Under the pieces are notes generated by a model. The model was not told where the DNA came from, searched no databases, and worked only from the letters and a program-made list of their open reading frames with translations. This document shows positions 39,027 through 64,000 of a stretch of 64,000 nucleotides of DNA, piece by piece. Source of the stretch: Eledone cirrhosa (lineage: Eukaryota); the NCBI GenBank assembly GCA_964016885.1, contig CAXHJY010000472.1:6557-70556 (forward strand). The letters run 5' to 3'. A program made the position numbers and the translations under genes. The first letter of the stretch is position 1; each line of letters begins with the position of its first letter.

Positions 39027-39291
39027 CGAATATAGACACATATACGCACATAGATACATATACATATATATATATACACACATACATATACACACACACA
39101 TATACACACTCACATATACATGTGTGTGCACACACACATATATACACATACACACATATACACATAAACACATATATGTGTATACATGCGCACACACACA
39201 TATATCCACATAGATACGAAGATAGACATATAAATAGAGAGACATACATATATATACACACACACATATATACATACATACATACACACAC

Positions 39292-39351
<60 letters not shown>

Positions 39352-40685
39352 ACACATACACATACACATATATATACACACATGCATATATACACATATA
39401 CACATACATACACACACATATATATACACACACAATCTTACATTCTTACTTGCATGCGCATATATGTATTTTTATATTCAGATATAAATACCCAAACATA
39501 TATGCACCTACCTACATATATATTCATACATACACGCCTACAAAGACAGATGGTAATAGTATGGGGGAAAGGGGGGGGTTGGAGAAGGGGATTATAGTAA
39601 ATATATGTTTCAAGAAACATAGAATATTATCCATATCAGGATCCAATGTATATTTTTTTACATAGTTTCAGTGTTAGGAAATACAATAAACAAGAAATAA
39701 GGCAAAATTTATGCATTTCAAAATAAATAAGTATACCATTAAATTATATGTTAACTAAACTAAAGATAGTTAACATATTGATTTCTAAGGTGTAAATTAG
39801 TTAGGTTTATAATATTTGAAGCAGAATTTTGAAGTTAAATAGTAGTAGAGTATTAATTATAGTATAACTAAATTAAAGTTAATAACGTTATGGTATCAAT
39901 ATTAGGAACTGAATTTAGTAATAGGGAAAAAACAAATAAAATAAAGTATTACATCGGTAGTAGAATATAAATTATAGGTTAACTAAATTAAAAATTATAT
40001 ATTTATTTCTATAGTATATGTTAATTAGGTATATAATAAATAAAACAGATATTGTATTTTATCAATAGCAGAATATAATTATATGCAAATAGAAATCAAA
40101 ATTAATACATATACATATACATATACATACACATATATATATACACATATATATACATATATATATACATATATACACATATACACACACACACACATAC
40201 ACATACACATATACATATACATATTTTTTCAAAAATTGCAAAGAATATATTAACTAGGTATATATCCAAAACACATCCCATTCTATGATTACATGACATT
40301 CTGCAATTCGTCTGTATAAGGATACTAATTTTAAGCCAATTAAATTAAATTTTTAGGTTGATTAAAATTAAAACCAAATTATAAATATATTTCTAAAATG
40401 TATATTAATTAGGTCTATAATACTAAAAATTAATTCTCTGTCATTGGATACACGATATTTTGTTATATTTTATCTGTAAAAGAATTATAATAAAAGGTTT
40501 AAATAAATTAAAATTAATCTATAAATTAAATTACTAAGTATATATTAGTAATATTTAAAGGTTTTTCACAATTTATGATTACATAATATTTTATATTCTC
40601 ATCTGTAATAGAATTTTAATTAAATTAAATTTATAGGTTAACTAACATTTAAATTAAAATTAAATTAATTTCTAAAATAATGTTA

Positions 40686-41717
40686 TTAATTAGGTTTATA
40701 ATATTTAAATGTTTTTTTTAGTTTATGATTACACGATATAATTAATTCCTGTCGTTTATTTAATAGGATATCCTTAGATTTCATTATTTCAAATAGTTCT
40801 TGGGAACATAATCTACATTCATTTCTATTATTTTGATAAGGGGTGGCTCTTTTGAGCACACTCCAGGTCAAATCATATTCTATATTCTTATTTTTATAAA
40901 TATTGATTTTTTCTGCTAGAGATGTTGTATTAGCCAGTGCGGCATTTTTAAAACTATGCTTGTGGGTATTAAACCTTGTCTTAAAATTGTTAGAGGTAGC
41001 TCCTATATATGAGCAAATAGAATCTTTAGTTTTAACATTACATTTATAGACTATGTTGTTAACAAGACAATTCCCTTTTAATGGGCAGTTTGCTTTGTTT
41101 CTACAGTTACAACCTTTCGTTAATTCTGTATTTGAGGAGATATTATGGTTAATTTGATGTACTGGTGGTATACTTATGGTTTTCTTACATTTATATGCAT
41201 TATAGGCACTTATATTTTGTTTTATGTTATTTGTTGTAGAATATGAGAATTTAACTGTAGACCTATTTAAGATTTGATGGTATTTGTGGTTTGGCGGGAA
41301 GTTTTTCTCTAGGATATAAAAAAATTTTTTAGCAATATTATTCTTAATTTGTAAATTAAATGGAGCATTATACCAAGTAACCCGTCTATTACGGTTTCTA
41401 TGTTGTTTATTATTTTTATTATTTTTATAGGTTGTATCGTGATTTTTACTAGGAGGATTAATGTTAATGATCTCACCACAACCATTTTTAGTTATATTTG
41501 TAGATTTAGGTGTTCTATCCTTTTTATTAGGAGTTTTATTATTAATATTTATTAGAGTTGTATGATGAGTAGTTTTTTGAGAGTTACTATATTTTATATT
41601 AGAAGATTTGGTATTTTGGGGTATAGTGTGGGTGGCATTTAGGTGTGTACTTTTCATTTGGTGTTTGTTGGTAATATTAGGTTGTATGCTTTCAGTATTT
41701 TTAGTAGAAGGTATATA
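40686..41717 (-). CDS. Truncated PLE ORF (linker + GIY-YIG)
   Basis: YIPSTKNTES...FKYYKPN is open. The first 15 aa of the track ORF come from the antisense of copy E. Confidence 0.88.
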   Translation of the reverse strand, partial: YIPSTKNTESIQPNITNKHQMKSTHLNATHTIPQNTKSSNIKYSNSQKTTHHTTLININNKTPNKKDRTPKSTNITKNGCGEIININPPSKNHDTTYKNNKNNKQHRNRNRRVTWYNAPFNLQIKNNIAKKFFYILEKNFPPNHKYHQILNRSTVKFSYSTTNNIKQNISAYNAYKCKKTISIPPVHQINHNISSNTELTKGCNCRNKANCPLKGNCLVNNIVYKCNVKTKDSICSYIGATSNNFKTRFNTHKHSFKNAALANTTSLAEKINIYKNKNIEYDLTWSVLKRATPYQNNRNECRLCSQELFEIMKSKDILLNKRQELIISCNHKLKKTFKYYKPN

Positions 41718-41718
41718 T

Positions 41719-42222
41719 GTAAGAAAACCATAAGTATACCACCAGTACATCAAATTAACCATAATATCTCCTCAAATACAGAATTAACGAAAGGTTGTAA
41801 CTGTAGAAACAAAGCAAACTGCCCATTAAAAGGGAATTGTCTTGTTAACAACATAGTCTATAAATGTAATGTTAAAACTAAAGATTCTATTTGCTCATAT
41901 ATAGGAGCTACCTCTAACAATTTTAAGACAAGGTTTAATACCCACAAGCATAGTTTTTAAAAATGCCGCACTGGCTAATACAACATCTCTAGCAGAAAAA
42001 ATCAATATTTATAAAAATAAGAATATAGAATATGATTTGACTTGGAGTGTGCTCAAAAGAGCCACCCCTTATCAAAATAATAGAAATGAATGTAGATTAT
42101 GTTCCCAAGAACTATTTGAAATAATGAAATCTAAGGATATCCTATTAAATAAACGACAGGAATTAATTATATCGTGTAATCATAAACTAAAAAAAACATT
42201 TAAATATTATAAACCTAATTAA
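41719..42222 (+). pseudogene. GIY-YIG fragment of PLE ORF with one frameshift (~41958)
   Basis: CKKTISIPP...HKHSF then ...WSVLKRATPY...FKYYKPN. Confidence 0.85.
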
Positions 42223-43564
42223 TAACATTATTTTAGAAATTAATTTAATTTTAATTTAAATGTTAGTTAACCTATAAATTTAATTTAATTAAAATTCTAT
42301 TACAGATGAGAATATAAAATATTATGTAATCATAAATTGTGAAAAACCTTTAAATATTACTAATATATACTTAGTAATTTAATTTATAGATTAATTTTAA
42401 TTTATTTAAACCTTTTATTATAATTCTTTTACAGATAAAATATAACAAAATATCGTGTATCCAATGACAGAGAATTAATTTTTAGTATTATAGACCTAAT
42501 TAATATACATTTTAGAAATATATTTATAATTTGGTTTTAATTTTAATCAACCTAAAAATTTAATTTAATTGGCTTAAAATTAGTATCCTTATACAGACGA
42601 ATTGCAGAATGTCATGTAATCATAGAATGGGATGTGTTTTGGATATATACCTAGTTAATATATTCTTTGCAATTTTTGAAAAAATATGTATATGTATATG
42701 TGTATGTGTATGTGTGTGTGTGTGTGTATATGTGTATATATGTATATATATATGTATATATATGTGTATATATATATGTGTATGTATATGTATATGTATA
42801 TGTATTAATTTTGATTTCTATTTGCATATAATTATATTCTGCTATTGATAAAATACAATATCTGTTTTATTTATTATATACCTAATTAACATATACTATA
42901 GAAATAAATATATAATTTTTAATTTAGTTAACCTATAATTTATATTCTACTACCGATGTAATACTTTATTTGTTTTGTTTTTTCCCTATTACTAAATTCA
43001 GTTCCTAATATTGATACCATAACGTTATTAACTTTAATTTAGTTATACTATAATTAATACTCTACTACTATTTAACTTCAAAATTCTGCTTCAAATATTA
43101 TAAACCTAACTAATTTACACCTTAGAAATCAATATGTTAACTATCTTTAGTTTAGTTAACATATAATTTAATGGTATACTTATTTATTTTGAAATGCATA
43201 AATTTTGCCTTATTTCTTGTTTATTGTATTTCCTAACACTGAAACTATGTAAAAAAAATATACATTGGATCCTGATATGGATAATATTCTATGTTTCTTG
43301 AAACATATATTTACTATAATCCCCCTTCTCCAACCCCCCCCCCCTTTCCCCCATACTATTACCATCTGTCTTTGTAGGCGTGTATGTATGAATATATATG
43401 TAGGTAGGTGCATATATGTTTGGGTATTTATATCTGAATATAAAAATACATATATGCGCATGCAAGTAAGAATGTAAGATTGAGTGTGTATATATATGTG
43501 TGTGTATGTATGTGTATATGTGTATATATGCATGTGTGTATATATATGTGTATGTGTATGTGTG

Positions 43565-43625
<61 letters not shown>

Positions 43626-43890
43626 GTGTGTGTATGTATGTATGTATATATGTGTGTGTGTATATATATGTATGTCTCTCTATTTATATGTCTATCTTCG
43701 TATCTATGTGGATATATGTGTGTGTGCGCATGTATACACATATATGTGTTTATGTGTATATGTGTGTATGTGTATATATGTGTGTGTGCACACACATGTA
43801 TATGTGAGTGTGTATATGTGTGTGTGTATATGTATGTGTGTATATATATATATGTATATGTATCTATGTGCGTATATGTGTCTATATTCG

Positions 43891-43947
<57 letters not shown>

Positions 43948-44174
43948 GTTATATATATATTATTTATTATTATAATATAACTTATGTGTATGTGTGTATA
44001 TGTGAGGGTGTGTATATGTATATATATGTGTATATATATGTGTGTAAAAAAATATATATGTGCATGTCTGTTTTTTATGTGTGTGTATATATATATATGT
44101 GTATATATATGTATATGTGGGTGTTTGTATGTGTATTTTTGGTTGTATGTGGGTGTGAGTATATATATATAAGT

Positions 44175-44206
<32 letters not shown>

Positions 44207-44537
44207 GTGTATATATATCTCTATTAATGCGTGTATATATGTATATGTATATGCCTTTTTCTTTGTATGTCTGAGTTGGGTGAGGGTGTAGTGGTGTTTC
44301 TATGTATATACGCATATATGGATGCGTATGTATTTGTATATATGAGTATATGTAAGTGCGTATGTATGTATGATTATATATCTAATTCTATGTATGAGTA
44401 TATATGTGTGTATGTATGTTGTGTGTGTATGTAAGTATATGTCTATGTGTGTATATATATATGTATGTATGTGTGTGTATGTATCTATGTATGTGTATGT
44501 ATGTACATATATGTCTATGTATGTGTGTATGTATATG

Positions 44538-44584
<47 letters not shown>

Positions 44585-44786
44585 GCTTTTTTTTATATAT
44601 ATGTGTGTGTGTGTATGTGTGTGTGTGTGTGTGTATATATATCTTTATATATGTGTATGTGTATGTTCGTGTAGGTGTATGTGTGTGTATGACTAAATAT
44701 GTATGTGTGTATGTGTGTATGTATATATATATCTATGTGTGTGTACATGTATGTATGTGTATGTATGTGTATGTGTGTATATGTGT

Positions 44787-44868
<82 letters not shown>

Positions 44869-45155
44869 GTTTCTCTATTTGTATATGTATATGTGTATAG
44901 GTATATACCTTTTTCTTTGTATGTCTGAGTTGTGTGAGAGTGTAGTGGTGTTTGTATGTATATACCGATATATAGATGCCTAAGTATTTGTCTGTATGTA
45001 TGTATGTATGTCTGTATGTATTTGTGTGTATATATAGGTATGTATGTGTATATCTGTATGTATATATGTATGTAAGTGTATGTATATGTGCGTGTATGTG
45101 TGTATATATATGTGTGTCTATATAGTATGTGTGATTATATGTGTATGTATGAGTG

Positions 45156-45235
<80 letters not shown>

Positions 45236-45432
45236 ATATGTATATGTGTATTTATATGTATGTGTGTATATGTATGTATGTGTGTATATGTATATGTTTA
45301 TATATGTGTGTGTATGTATGTTCTAAGTGTGGATGTGTGTATATGTATGTATGTGTTTGTATGTGTGTATGTGTATATGTATGTGTGTATGTACGTGTAT
45401 GTATATTATATATATATATATATATAGTATAG

Positions 45433-45464
<32 letters not shown>

Positions 45465-46096
45465 CTTGATATATTTCTTTTTTCTTTTTTCTTTTTCTTT
45501 TTCTTTTCTTTCCTTTTTAATGTTTATTTATTATTTATTATTATTTATTATTTATTATTTTTTATTTTCTTAGTTTATAGATACATCTATATTAAGCAGT
45601 CAGCCCAAACAGTTGAATACTGACCTCTCCCCCCCTCCCACCTAATTTCTGTATCTTGATCTAAATGTGTGTGCCAATGTTTATGTGAGTGAAGGATTTT
45701 ATATCCACATATATATATATGTGAGTGGGGGTGTGTGTGTGTTTGTATGTTCGTAGTTTATGTGTATGTTTATGCATATACGCGTGTATGTGTGATTGTA
45801 CGGATATGAGTGAGTATGAAAATATGTATATACACTTATTTCATATTTATGTGTCTATACGCATCTTATCTGTGCATTATAAACTTACAGAGACATTAAC
45901 TTTGAAATTTTGTATTTGCATCATCCTTTTCGTATGCGTATACAAGTTGTACATACATTTTTGTAAAATATGTGTAAGGGTAGTTACATGTATATACACA
46001 CACCGAACTGCATTAAACCTTTTGTATTTTCATTGGTCAATTTTGTTCCCAAACGGACCTGAAATTTTGAATTGTTGTTATTATCAATAAATATAT

Positions 46097-46250
46097 TTCA
46101 TTATTTCTGAAGACGGCGTATATATGTGTTGGTATGTATATTTAATCTTGATAGTTTGTATAATTTTGTATAATTTTGTACATAGATCTGTTGAATATGC
46201 ATGCCAATTCTAACACATATATATCCTAGAAACGATCGTTAAATAATGAA
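46097..46250 (+). ncRNA. Hammerhead ribozyme, pLTR of copy E
   Basis: Same motif as the other pLTR copies. Confidence 0.8.
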
Positions 46251-46448
46251 CTTTTTTTGTTTAATATAAGGAACTGTTTTCATTGTTTATTCATTATTTG
46301 TTTAATATTTTATCTTGACTCTGTATACCGTTTATCTTTCACCGAAAGTGATTTTTCATTACATCTCTTCTTTCCATGATATCCGGAATACATTGAGTTC
46401 TTCATACGGATTGGACACTACCGTAAACTCTTGGTAGATTTATCTACA

Positions 46449-50861
<4,413 letters not shown>

Positions 50862-50863
<2 letters not shown>

Positions 50864-53118
50864 GTTTATTATAAACATACAGAATATTTTCGAATATTCT
50901 ATGTCTATATTCACATATATATCGCTATTTCAGAGCATTTATTCCAATTTCTAATTTCTGCCGGACCGGCAACCGCTCTTTCAAACCAGTTCCTGTACAC
51001 AGCTAAGTATTCTATAAGTCTCTAGCTGTGTCATTCTCGATAAAAGCACTGGATATGTAGTCCTGATGATTTCTAACAAGAATGAAACGCGTAGATTACT
51101 TCCCTTGCTTTTATCGAGAATCTAATTGTAATACGTGACGTATTCTATTCTATAGCGATTAGGTCTTCAAAATGTTTATTATAAACATACAGAATATTTT
51201 CGAATATTCTATGTCTATATTCACATATATATCGCTATTTCAGAGCATTTATTCCAATTTCTAATTTCTGCCGGACCGGCAACCGCTCTTTCAAACCAGT
51301 TCCTGTACACAGCTAAGTATTCTATAAGTCTCTAGCTGTGTCATTCTCGATAAAAGCACTGGATATGTAGTCCTGATGATTTCTAACAAGAATGAAACGC
51401 GTAGATTGCTTCCCTTGCTTTTATCGAGAATCTAATTGTAATACGTGACGTATTCTATTCTATAGCGATTAGGTCTTCAAAATGTTTATTATAAACATAC
51501 AGAATATTTTCGAATATTCTATGTCTATATTCACATATATATCGCTATTTCAGAGCATTTATTCCAATTTCTAATTTCTGCCGGACCGGCAACCGCTCTT
51601 TCAAACCAGTTCCTGTACACAGCTAAGTATTCTATAAGTCTCTAGCTGTGTCATTCTCGATAAAAGCACTGGATATGTAGTCCTGATGATTTCTAACAAG
51701 AATGAAACGCGTAGATTACTTCCCTTGCTTTTATCGAGAATCTAATTGTAATACGTGACGTATTCTATTCTATAGCGATTAGGTCTTCAAAATGTTTATT
51801 ATAAACATACAGAATATTTTCGAATATTCTATGTCTATATTCACATATATATCGCTATTTCAGAGCATTTATTCCAATTTCTAATTTCTGCCGGACCGGC
51901 AACCGCTCTTTCAAACCAGTTCCTGTACACAGCTAAGTATTCTATAAGTCTCTAGCTGTGTCATTCTCGATAAAAGCACTGGATATGTAGTCCTGATGAT
52001 TTCTAACAAGAATGAAACGCGTAGATTACTTCCCTTGCTTTTATCGAGAATCTAATTGTAATACGTGACGTATTCTATTCTATAGCGATTAGGTCTTCAA
52101 AATGTTTATTATAAACATACAGAATATTTTCGAATATTCTATGTCTATATTCACATATATATCGCTATTTCAGAGCATTTATTCCAATTTCTAATTTCTG
52201 CCGGACCGGCAACCGCTCTTTCAAACCAGTTCCTGTACACAGCTAAGTATTCTATAAGTCTCTAGCTGTGTCATTCTCGATAAAAGCACTGGATATGTAG
52301 TCCTGATGATTTCTAACAAGAATGAAACGCGTAGATTACTTCCCTTGCTTTTATCGAGAATCTAATTGTAATACGTGACGTATTCTATTCTATAGCGATT
52401 AGGTCTTCAAAATGTTTATTATAAACATACAGAATATTTTCGAATATTCTATGTCTATATTCACATATATATCGCTATTTCAGAGCATTTATTCCAATTT
52501 CTAATTTCTGCCGGACCGGCAACCGCTCTTTCAAACCAGTTCCTGTACACAGCTAAGTATTCTATAAGTCTCTAGCTGTGTCATTCTCGATAAAAGCACT
52601 GGATATGTAGTCCTGATGATTTCTAACAAGAATGAAACGCGTAGATTACTTCCCTTGCTTTTATCGAGAATCTAATTGTAATACGTGACGTATTCTATTC
52701 TATAGCGATTAGGTCTTCAAAATGTTTATTATAAACATACAGAATATTTTCGAATATTCTATGTCTATATTCACATATATATCGCTATTTCAGAGCATTT
52801 ATTCCAATTTCTAATTTCTGCCGGACCGGCAACCGCTCTTTCAAACCAGTTCCTGTACACAGCTAAGTATTCTATAAGTCTCTAGCTGTGTCATTCTCGA
52901 TAAAAGCACTGGATATGTAGTCCTGATGATTTCTAACAAGAATGAAACGCGTAGATTACTTCCCTTGCTTTTATCGAGAATCTAATTGTAATACGTGACG
53001 TATTCTATTCTATAGCGATTAGGTCTTCAAAATGTTTATTATAAACATACAGAATATTTTCGAATATTCTATGTCTATATTCACATATATATCGCTATTT
53101 CAGAGCATTTATTCCAAT
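50862..53118 (+). mobile_element. Tandem array of 7.3 x 310-bp HHR-containing monomers (non-LTR retrozyme-like)
   Basis: Exact 310-bp period (atgtttattataaac at 50862, 51172 ... 53032), near-identical copies, one HHR per monomer, no meaningful ORF. Confidence 0.88.
51057..51099 (+). ncRNA. Minimal type I hammerhead ribozyme (repeated every 310 bp, 7 copies)
   Basis: gtagtc-CTGATGA-t-ttct(aaca)agaa-t-GAAA-cgcg-TA-gattac, predicted GUA cleavage after 51093. Helix I is extended by ttctcgataaaagca (51034-51048) pairing with tgcttttatcgagaa (51106-51120). Confidence 0.88.
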
Positions 53119-55798
<2,680 letters not shown>

Positions 55799-56584
55799 AT
55801 TGGAATAAATGCTCTGAAATAGCGATATATATGTGAATATAGACATAGAATATTCGAAAATATTCTGTATGTTTATAATAAACATTTTGAAGACCTAATC
55901 GCTATAGAATAGAATACGTCACGTATTACAATTAGATTCTCGATAAAAGCAAGGAAGTAATCTACGCGTTTCATTCTCGTTAGAATCATCAGGACTACAT
56001 ATCCAGTGCTTTTATCGAGAATGACACAGCTAGAGACTTATAGAATACTTAGCTGTGTACAGGAACTGGTTTGAAAGAGCGGTTGCGGTCCGGCAGAAAT
56101 TAGAAATTGGAATAAATGCTCTGAAATAGCGATATATATGTGAATATAGACATAGAATATTCGAAAATATTCTGTATGTTTATAATAAACATTTCAAAAT
56201 GTTTATTATAAATGTTTATTATAAATGTTTATTATAAACATACAGAATATTTTCGAATATTCTATGTCTATATTCACATATATATCGCTATTTCAGAGCC
56301 TTTATTCCAATTTCTAATTTCTGCCGGACCGGCAACCGCTCTTTCAAACCAGTTCCTGTACACAGCTAAGTATTCTATAAGTCTCTAGCTGTGTCATTCT
56401 CGATAAAAGCACTGGATATGTAGTCCTGATGATTTCTAACGAGAATGAAACGCGTAGATTACTTCCCTTGCTTTTATCGAGAATCTAATTGTAATACGTG
56501 ACGTATCTATTCTATAGCGATTAGGTCTTCAAAATGTTTATTATAAACATACAGAATATTTTCGAATATTCTATGTCTATATTC

Positions 56585-56585
<1 letters not shown>
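55799..56585. mobile_element. Head-to-head pair of 310-bp retrozyme-like units (~1.3 copies on -, ~1.2 copies on +)
   Basis: Minus 55799-56194 (HHR 55957-55998) is fused to plus 56193-56585 (HHR 56420-56462). Both 3' ends run into (TA)n. Confidence 0.87.
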
Positions 56586-58480
<1,895 letters not shown>

Positions 58481-58485
<5 letters not shown>

Positions 58486-59923
58486 AATATAGACATAGAA
58501 TATTCGAAAATATTCTGTATGTTTATAATAAACATTTTGAAGACCTAATCGCTATAGAATAGAATACGTCACGTATTACAATTAGATTCTCGATAAAAGC
58601 AAGGGAAGTAATCTACGCGTTCATTCTCGTTAGAAATCATCAGGACTACATATCCAGTGCTTTATCGAGAATGACACAGCTAGAGACTTATAGAATACTT
58701 AGCTGTGAACAGGAACTGGTTTGAAAGAGCGGTTGCCGGTCCGGCAGAAATTAGAAATTGGAATAAATGCTCTGAAATAGCGATATATATGTGAATATAG
58801 ACATAGAATATTCGAAAATATTCTGTATGTTTATAATAAACATTTTGAAGACCTAATCGCTATAGAATAGAATACGTCACGTATTACAATTAGATTCTCG
58901 ATAAAAGCAAGGGAAGTAATCTACGCGTTTCATTCTCGTTAGAAATCATCAGGACTACATATCCAGTGCTTTTATCGAGAATGACACAGCTAGAGACTTA
59001 TAGAATACTTAGCTGTGAACAGGAACTGGTTTGAAAGAGCGGTTGCCGGTCCGGCAGAAATTAGAAATTGGAATAAATGCTCTGAAATAGCGATATATAT
59101 GTGAATATAGACATAGAATATTCGAAAATATTCTGTATGTTTATAATAAACATTTTGAAGACCTAATCGCTATAGAATAGAATACGTCACGTATTACAAT
59201 TAGATTCTCGATAAAAGCAAGGGAAGTAATCTACGCGTTTCATTCTCGTTAGAAATCATCAGGACTACATATCCAGTGCTTTTATCGAGAATGACACAGC
59301 TAGAGACTTATAGAATACTTAGCTGTGAACAGGAACTGGTTTGAAAGAGCGGTTGCCGGTCCGGCAGAAATTAGAAATTGGAATAAATGCTCTGAAATAG
59401 CGATATATATGTGAATATAGACATAGAATATTCGAAAATATTCTGTATGTTTATAATAAACATTTTGAAGACCTAATCGCTATAGAATAGAATACGTCAC
59501 GTATTACAATTAGATTCTCGATAAAAGCAAGGGAAGTAATCTACGCGTTTCATTCTCGTTAGAAATCATCAGGACTACATATCCAGTGCTTTTATCGAGA
59601 ATGACACAGCTAGAGACTTATAGAATACTTAGCTGTGAACAGGAACTGGTTGAAAGAGCGGTTGCCGGTCCGGCAGAAATTAGAAATTGGAATAAATGCT
59701 CTGAAATAGCGATATATATGTGAATATAGACATAGAATATTCGAAAATATTCTGTATGTTTATAATAAACATTTTGAAGACCTAATCGCTATAGAATAGA
59801 ATACGTCACGTATTACAATTAGATTAGGTCTTCAAAATGTTTATTATAAACATACAGAATATTTTCGAATATTCTATGTCTATATTCACATATATATCGC
59901 TATTTCAGAGCATTTATTCCAAT
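58481..59923 (-). mobile_element. Array of ~4.3 x 310-bp retrozyme-like units on -, fused head-to-head to a ~100-bp plus-strand piece
   Basis: Period 308-310 bp with four HHRs (~58608, 58916, 59226, 59536). Inversion junction at 59822-59825 (gatt microhomology). Confidence 0.87.
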
Positions 59924-63104
<3,181 letters not shown>

Positions 63105-64000
63105 CAGGTTAATATAAATTAATATATTTGATTTATCACTGCTCCTTCGTTGAGCTGAATTTAGCCCCATACAAACGGCTGTTATTTCTAGCAGCACGAG
63201 TATGTGACTAGCTAGACACTGGATAACCGCATGAAATTACCTCGTGCGCTAAATAGTCTTTCTAAATATTTTGAAGTGGAACATACCAATTTTTATAGTG
63301 CTTGCTGAGGAGATCAAAATGCGGTATTTTCTTCCACTTTTTCATTATTCGAAACATATTTGGATTTTAAGGTTTAAACCTGTCTACGGAACAGGTTTGA
63401 TTTTGAAATTTAAATTTGTCCAAGCACCACGGCCATTGCCAATACAATTTGTTTTTGTTGATTTATTATATTAAGTCAAGATAGGCAAACTGTAATATTA
63501 TTATTAGTATATTTCAATCTAGCTAACTTGGTCAATTACAATACAAACATAAATATGTTGGTATTTGTGTTTATCAAATATATTAATTTATATTAACCTG
63601 TATTACACGGCTGAGAAATACTCTTTCTTTGAGCTATTTCATTGTAATAGACTGCCTGAGATTTGAACTCATTATTATTATTGATTTATATATATATATA
63701 TAAAGCATGAATGAATTGAGGGAGAAACTGAGCATAAGAGGAATCAAATGCTGTGTGCAGGAGAGGCGGTTGCGTTGGTATCGACATGTGATGCGTATGA
63801 AGGATGGCAGCTGCATAAAAAGGTGCAGAGCACTAGAAGTCGATGGAAACCGTGTAGTGGGGATGAGGTGATAAAAGCCGACCTTATCCAATTACACCTC
63901 TCAAAGGTGATGACACACGACCATGACCTCTGGCGTCACGCACTAATACAGAGGGCCCGACCCCCCCACAGGTACAAGCCTAAGCTGAAGCATATAGACA

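Larger units (their letters stand above)
36647..41717 (-). mobile_element. PLE copy D (diverged variant), 5'-truncated at the start of the linker
   Basis: Colinear with copy C from ~13030 to the short 3' end aatattttat, with diagnostic substitutions shared with copy E. Confidence 0.92.
41717..46448 (+). mobile_element. PLE copy E, 5'-truncated just before GIY-YIG, head-to-head with copy D
   Basis: Starts atgtaagaaaacc and ends ttggtagatttatctaca into (TA)n. Confidence 0.92.

Noticed and set aside
50862-53118. CRISPR array or tRNA/5S/snRNA gene array
   Set aside because: No variable spacers and no recognisable tRNA, 5S or snRNA features; the HHR explains the unit better.
63105-64000. Unique sequence with short ORFs (67 and 85 aa) and a GC-richer end
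   Set aside because: No recognisable motifs, HHR core or repeat structure; truncated by the window edge.

Overview
Gene-free, extremely AT-rich eukaryotic (probably invertebrate animal) DNA made of multi-kb (TA)n tracts with retroelements inserted into them. Contents: (i) five large copies plus fragments of one Penelope-like retroelement (PLE) family with RT and C-terminal GIY-YIG, whose motifs fit the Naiad group. One copy (10736-18640) is full-length with a ~7.17-kb unit, and every pseudo-LTR carries a hammerhead ribozyme (HHR) with an unusually long ~115-nt helix II. The 3' UTR carries ~2 kb of compound microsatellite. (ii) A near full-length RTE-clade LINE with three C-terminal C2H2 fingers. 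(iii) Three clusters of a 310-bp non-coding tandem repeat with one HHR per monomer (non-LTR retrozyme-like). (iv) Several small non-coding fold-back elements, three with HHR-like cores. I count about 25 HHR or HHR-like motifs of at least four designs by eye. Most HHR-bearing insertions share one architecture: two copies joined head-to-head (5'-5') with both 3' ends running into (TA)n. This suggests an autonomous TA-targeting PLE plus non-autonomous ribozyme RNAs using a shared twin-priming insertion route (inference). Almost all ORF-track entries are microsatellite noise. Frequent 1-bp indels suggest an imperfectly polished long-read assembly. All folds and alignments were done by eye, so coordinates are good to a few bases.
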